A DNA stretch of 64,000 bases. It comes from Planctomycetota bacterium (GTDB lineage Bacteria > Planctomycetota > JAJSAM01 > JAJVHW01). Numbering within the stretch: position 1 is the first letter of the stretch; each line of letters starts with the position of its first letter. This document shows positions 59,888 through 64,000 of this stretch, piece after piece. The notes beneath the pieces were generated by a model, which saw only the letters and a program-made list of their open reading frames with translations, was not told where the DNA came from and searched no databases. The stretch is from assembly GCA_965248445.1 (NCBI GenBank), contig CBDFJG010000001.1, positions 128,001 to 192,000 on the forward strand. The letters are read 5' to 3'. The position numbers and the translations under genes are program-made.

Positions 59888-59916
59888 GCCCATTCAGTCT
59901 AGCCAGATCGGCTGTC

Positions 59917-60408
59917 TCATGTCGCGCAGCAGACGATCGGGCCGCCGGCAAGCTCCTCGATCAGTTCGCCCACTACGGTTCCGCGGGCCAGGTGATGTGC
60001 GTAGTGCAGGTGTAGGCACTTGACGTTCGCGCGGCTCTGCGTCCCGCCGATGCCGCGGTCCCGGAGCACGTACAGGAAGTTGCTTCCCTCGACGAGCGCG
60101 CGCTCGTCTTCCGACAGCCGCGACCAGCGCTCCGCGACGTACGCGTCGTGGTCGGCACCGAACCGCGCGGCCAGCGCTGGATCATCGCGCAGACGCATCT
60201 CGAGGCGCTCGATCGCGCCGTCCCCCTCGAGCACCGAGAGTGCGCGGTGCGTCTCGTCGCACGCGAGCCAGAAGAGGGTCGGGAACGGCTCCGCACGCGG
60301 ACCGTCCGTGCGGAGCGGATGGCAGATCAGGACACGAGGATGGCCCGCCGCGCAGCGATCTAGCACCTCCGTTCGGATGCCGTCCACCGTGCGCGACGGG
60401 CCACGCAT
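59917..60408 (-). CDS. DUF501 domain protein
   Basis: RCAAGHPRVL, EPFPTLFWLAC, GIGG, VKCLHLHYAHHLA. Confidence 0.88.
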   Translation of the reverse strand: MRGPSRTVDGIRTEVLDRCAAGHPRVLICHPLRTDGPRAEPFPTLFWLACDETHRALSVLEGDGAIERLEMRLRDDPALAARFGADHDAYVAERWSRLSEDERALVEGSNFLYVLRDRGIGGTQSRANVKCLHLHYAHHLARGTVVGELIEELAGGPIVCCAT

Positions 60409-60428
60409 GGGCTCTGTTCGCCCGGCGG

Positions 60429-60740
60429 TTAGTTGGGGCCGCCGTCCTTACCGGGCGCGGTCGACTCGTCGCACTCTTCCCACTCGATCGAGCAATCGCT
60501 CGGCCCGTCACACTCGGCAGCTTCGGAGCACTCGGCCGCTTCGGAGCACTCGGAGGCCGCTTCGCCGATCGCTTCCGCAGCGACGTCGCCGATCACGCCG
60601 TCCGTCGCGACGTCGAGATCGAGAGTGCAGTCGGTGCACTCACTCTGCTTCACCTGCACGGAGACCGTGGGCTTGTCGAACAGCTCACACTCGGTGAGGG
60701 CGAGACACGAGAATACGGCGGCGAGGATGAACGAACGCAT
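60429..60740 (-). CDS. Small secreted Cys/Glu-rich protein with ECSEAA repeats
   Basis: AGGAG SD; signal peptide; ECTDC; SECSEAAECSEAAECDGPSDC. Confidence 0.6.
   Translation of the reverse strand: MRSFILAAVFSCLALTECELFDKPTVSVQVKQSECTDCTLDLDVATDGVIGDVAAEAIGEAASECSEAAECSEAAECDGPSDCSIEWEECDESTAPGKDGGPN
60511..60564. repeat. 18-bp coding tandem repeat (about 3 copies)
   Basis: CACTCGGCAGCTTCGGAG / CACTCGGCCGCTTCGGAG / CACTCGGAGGCCGCTTCG. Confidence 0.75.
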
Positions 60741-60832
60741 GGGCACTCCTGTAGCGGTGGTGGTCTGTTGGCGAGAGGCGCGCCGGTATCCGGGCGCCGC
60801 TCCGCGGGAGCATATCACCCGCGCGCTCGCTG

Positions 60833-61612
60833 TCACCCCTCCTGGCGGGGGTAGCGCTTGCGAGCCTCACGTAGCTGGGAAAGCCCGAACTCCGCGTCGT
60901 CCTTCTTCTCGGCGTCCTCGGACATCCGCTCGAACGCCGAGCAGGCTGCCTCGAAGCGGCTCGCGCTGCCGCCCTCGCCGAGCACGTCCTCGGAGATCCC
61001 CAGATAGCCCTCGCCGAGCGCCGTGGCGAAGTCCTCGTCATTGGGGACCTCTCGCTCCTCCCGCTCGGTCGCGGCCGCGCGGGCCTGCTCCAGCGACAGC
61101 GCGAACGCCTCCCGCGACCCCGAGAGATCCCCCAGAGACAAGCGGTGCATACCGAGCGCCCAGTTCGCCATGCTCTTCGGACCGGGTCCCTTCTCGAGCT
61201 CATCCCTCCAGCGAACGCAGTCCTCGGCCGCGCGCAGTCCCGCCTCGAGGTGGCGGCGCTCGCGCGGGAAGGGATCATCCGGCCAGCAGTCGGCCAGAGA
61301 CGCGGAGAGGTTGTAGGAGAGGACGTTCGCGAAGTCCTTGCGGCGGGCCGCGACCTCGGCATCGACCTCGTCGGACGCCTCGCGCAGTCCCTCGCGGATG
61401 CCGGAGCCGGCGATTGCGATCAGAGCGTCGAGGTTCTTGCCCTCCCACTCGTTGTGGGCGAACGCAGACGCCGCGAACAGGTAGAGCTTGCGGCGCTTGA
61501 GGAGGTCCTCGTGGGCCTCGATGTGCGCGACGACCGTGTCGGTGCCGTCGCTCTCCATCAGTGCCTTGAGCTCGTCCCAGCGGTCGTAGGGAAACTCGGT
61601 CTTGTCGGGCAT
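60833..61612 (-). CDS. TPR-like helical hypothetical protein
   Basis: NVLSYNLSASLADCWP, MANWALGMHRLSLGDLSGSREAF; typical codon usage. Confidence 0.7.
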   Translation of the reverse strand: MPDKTEFPYDRWDELKALMESDGTDTVVAHIEAHEDLLKRRKLYLFAASAFAHNEWEGKNLDALIAIAGSGIREGLREASDEVDAEVAARRKDFANVLSYNLSASLADCWPDDPFPRERRHLEAGLRAAEDCVRWRDELEKGPGPKSMANWALGMHRLSLGDLSGSREAFALSLEQARAAATEREEREVPNDEDFATALGEGYLGISEDVLGEGGSASRFEAACSAFERMSEDAEKKDDAEFGLSQLREARKRYPRQEG

Positions 61613-61635
61613 GGGTGGATTGTCTCAGGGACCGG

Positions 61636-63672
61636 TCATCGATGGAAGCGCCGGAGAGCGTGGCACTGCACGCACGCGGCGTGGTCGTAGGCCGGCCACA
61701 GCACGCTGGTGACCCGATCGGCTTCATCGACCGCCGCCTTGGTGTGGCAGTCTCCGCACGGCACGTCGGCGTGCCCGGCACTCGTGTGTCCGAAGCCCGG
61801 CAGGGCCGCCGTCGTCTTCCGTGCCGCCTTCGACCGTTCGAAGGGGCCCAGCTCGCTGTAGACGAAGAGCAAGCGCCCGTCCTTCCCACGGTTGCCCTCG
61901 AACTCGCGGTCCACGTGGCAGAGCACGCATCTGCCGGCCCCGACGTTCGCGTGGCGGGTGTGACACGCGGTGCAGTCGCGCGTTCCGGGTCGGAACGAGA
62001 CGCGCCCCGTGTCCGCCTCCGGCACGTGGCAGGACAGACAGCCGGACAGCAGCTTCTCGCGCTCGGCGAGCGAGCGTCGCGCGCCGGTCATCGCATCCGT
62101 CGGATCGACCGTGTGCAGGCTGTGGAACATGTCCACCACTGTCCGCGTGCCGTTGCCCGGGAGCGGACGCGGGTCGCCTCCCGAGTGGCACTCGCCGCAC
62201 GACGACGTATCGACGATCTCCACGCCGGCCAACGACTCCGACTTCGCGACAGCGGGGTGGCAGGCGACGCACTGCTCGGAGAAGACGAGACCGGTGCCCG
62301 GCGACGCCACGCCCTTCAGGTGATGGTCGTGGCGGAACGCGAGTTCCACCGGCGTGTCAGTGCGGCGGTCCGGAGTGATGTCGCGCACATGACACGTCCG
62401 ACACTCGTCGTTGCTCATGTCATGCCGTCGCGGCGGCACGGACCACATGCGGCCCGTCGCGGGTAGATCCACGGAGCGCAGATCGACGCCGACGTGATCC
62501 GGCGGCCCGGACCGCGCGTGACAGTCGGCGCACGCCGAGCCGTTGTCATCGCGCCCGTGAACGGGAACGGCCCAGTCAGCGTGACACTCGAGACACCCTT
62601 CGTAGTCAACAATCTTGAAGTCGGACCCCGCGGGGTCGCTGCGTAGATCGATGACCCGCGCCGCGTGACACGCCGAGCATTCGACGGGGAACGCACCGTC
62701 CGGCGCAGCCGCGGGTCCGCGACGTACTCGCGATCGCTGCTCCGCGATGCGGTGTTCCCGGTGGGAGAAGCCGTCCACGACGAGAGCGCGCGTGCGCGGT
62801 TCGCCCGCTCGGTCCCGCGCCGACCGTTCACCGGAGGCGCCTGGCTCGAGGACGCCGTGACAGCCGAGGCAGAACTCGCTCCAGCCGTCTTCGCCAGGGG
62901 CATCGCGTACCGGGATCAGGTCGGCATTCGCGCCGCGGTGGTCCTCGTGGCACTCGTTGCACGGGGTGTCGGCGGCGCGCCCGAACGGATGGAACTGCAC
63001 GTCGTCGTATCCCTCGTGGCAGGCAGCGCACTTGGGCGTGTAGTCGTCGGCGAGGGGATCGTGGCAGTCCGCGCACGATGCGGGCCCCTGCGCGTGCGCG
63101 CCGATCCGATGGTGCCACGCGAGCTCGCCCCGCGACTGCCACTCGGTGTCGATCAGGAACGGGACCGATGCGAATGCGCCGAGACCGAGCGCGCACGCGA
63201 TCAGAACGGAGCAACGGAGCACGGGGGAGCGTCCCCAGCGGTGCTCCTGGGGTCCCGACTCGACCAGGCGGAACGGCCGCGGCGGCTTCGCCTTCCGGAC
63301 AAGGGCATCGACGGCGCTGGATAGGTGCTGCTCGTTCGTCGTGACGGTGCACACGCCCTCTCCGACGTCCACGTCGATCTCGATCAGCGTGTGCCCCACC
63401 TGCACCACGGCGTTCTCCGGGACGCTCGTGCGCCCGTCGACCGCGCGGCCGTCGACGTAGACCCCCGTGAACTCATCGAGCGTCTCGACAGAGACGGAGG
63501 CGCCATCGAACACGAGGGCCGCGGCCTGCTGCGCGACCATGCGATCCGTCACGTAGATGTCGGCGAGCGGACGCGAACCGACGAGCAGCCGTCCACGCTC
63601 GACCGATTCGTCCTGGCGGGCGCGGTTCGGCCGCCCCTTCATCTTCCACTTGAGGACGAAGCGCGGCGTCAC
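61636..63672 (-). CDS. Membrane-anchored 15-heme c-type cytochrome (cytochrome c3-like modules) with N-terminal degenerate FHA domain
   Basis: GTG at 63672 overlaps the upstream stop; FHA-like GRLLVGSRPLADIYVTD...GVYVDG...VQVGHT; TM VLIACALGLGAFASVPFL; 15 CxxCH; FSHREH/FRHDHH/MFHSLH/FGHTSAGH distal-His motifs. Confidence 0.9.
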   Translation of the reverse strand: MTPRFVLKWKMKGRPNRARQDESVERGRLLVGSRPLADIYVTDRMVAQQAAALVFDGASVSVETLDEFTGVYVDGRAVDGRTSVPENAVVQVGHTLIEIDVDVGEGVCTVTTNEQHLSSAVDALVRKAKPPRPFRLVESGPQEHRWGRSPVLRCSVLIACALGLGAFASVPFLIDTEWQSRGELAWHHRIGAHAQGPASCADCHDPLADDYTPKCAACHEGYDDVQFHPFGRAADTPCNECHEDHRGANADLIPVRDAPGEDGWSEFCLGCHGVLEPGASGERSARDRAGEPRTRALVVDGFSHREHRIAEQRSRVRRGPAAAPDGAFPVECSACHAARVIDLRSDPAGSDFKIVDYEGCLECHADWAVPVHGRDDNGSACADCHARSGPPDHVGVDLRSVDLPATGRMWSVPPRRHDMSNDECRTCHVRDITPDRRTDTPVELAFRHDHHLKGVASPGTGLVFSEQCVACHPAVAKSESLAGVEIVDTSSCGECHSGGDPRPLPGNGTRTVVDMFHSLHTVDPTDAMTGARRSLAEREKLLSGCLSCHVPEADTGRVSFRPGTRDCTACHTRHANVGAGRCVLCHVDREFEGNRGKDGRLLFVYSELGPFERSKAARKTTAALPGFGHTSAGHADVPCGDCHTKAAVDEADRVTSVLWPAYDHAACVQCHALRRFHR

Positions 63673-64000
63673 TGCGATCCCAGCAGGTGATCGGGATCGA
63701 TGCGTTCGATCGCGCCGCACGGGCAGTTGTAGATGCACGCCATATCCGCCCGGCCGGCGCACATGTCGCACTTCACCGCGAGAGCCTTCGGCAGCTTCTC
63801 GACCTTGGCTTTCGGTTCCCCCTCGATCTTGCGCGGCTGCGGAGGCGACGCCGGCCGCTTGCGCAATCCGATGGTCCGGATCAGGCTCTCGAACACGGAC
63901 GGTTTCGCGACGGTGGCCGTGACGGCGACGCCAGTCTCGTCGAGTAGCGACTGCATGTGGATCGTGCCGTACGGGCAAGCGGGTTCGCACAGCGTGCATC
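63669..64000 (-). CDS. 4Fe-4S dicluster protein (DmsB/NrfC-like C-terminus), 5'-truncated by the window edge
   Basis: CTLCEPACPYGTIHM and AVKCDMCAGRADMACIYNCPCGAIERIDP. Confidence 0.88.
   Translation of the reverse strand, partial: CTLCEPACPYGTIHMQSLLDETGVAVTATVAKPSVFESLIRTIGLRKRPASPPQPRKIEGEPKAKVEKLPKALAVKCDMCAGRADMACIYNCPCGAIERIDPDHLLGSQ

Noticed and set aside
1..64000. Prophage, transposase, integrase or defence island
   Set aside because: No such motifs were recognised, and composition and codon usage look broadly uniform.

Overview
High-GC bacterial chromosomal segment, densely coding, with about 55 genes. It is most likely from a Planctomycetota-like diderm; this is inferred from lpxB, many secreted HEAT/vWA/prenyltransferase-repeat proteins and a PEP-CTERM protein. 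Housekeeping and metabolic content: a two-component system coupled to an orphan AfuA-type binding protein, fabZ-like, thiO, a nucleoside salvage/uptake region (PNP, BMP-family ABC transporter, deoC), an HPS-RraA fusion operon with thiS-thiG, nusA-infB-DUF503-rbfA, lpxB, efp, an MMPL transporter and a UbiD decarboxylase. Notable observations: (1) an apparently uncharacterised envelope redox system. It has a secreted tandem GlcG/HbpS-like heme-binding protein, an outer-membrane beta-barrel and a decaheme cytochrome c lipoprotein with LVIVD repeats (48189-55635). About 6 kb away and converging lies a 4Fe-4S protein plus an FHA-TM-15-heme cytochrome (61636-64000). (2) Two selenoprotein candidates split by the ORF track, each with UGA at a catalytic Cys position and a bacterial SECIS-like hairpin: a UxxC thioredoxin-like lipoprotein (44666-45280) and a CTP-synthase-GATase-like protein (13372-14053, with one extra base beside the UGA). 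(3) rbfA has no canonical start codon. (4) About ten genes have a -10 box 6-8 nt before the start codon, suggesting leaderless mRNAs. (5) A highly structured intergenic element lies at 3288-3511. No rRNA, tRNA, CRISPR array or transposase was found. Two or three single-base indels may be assembly errors.
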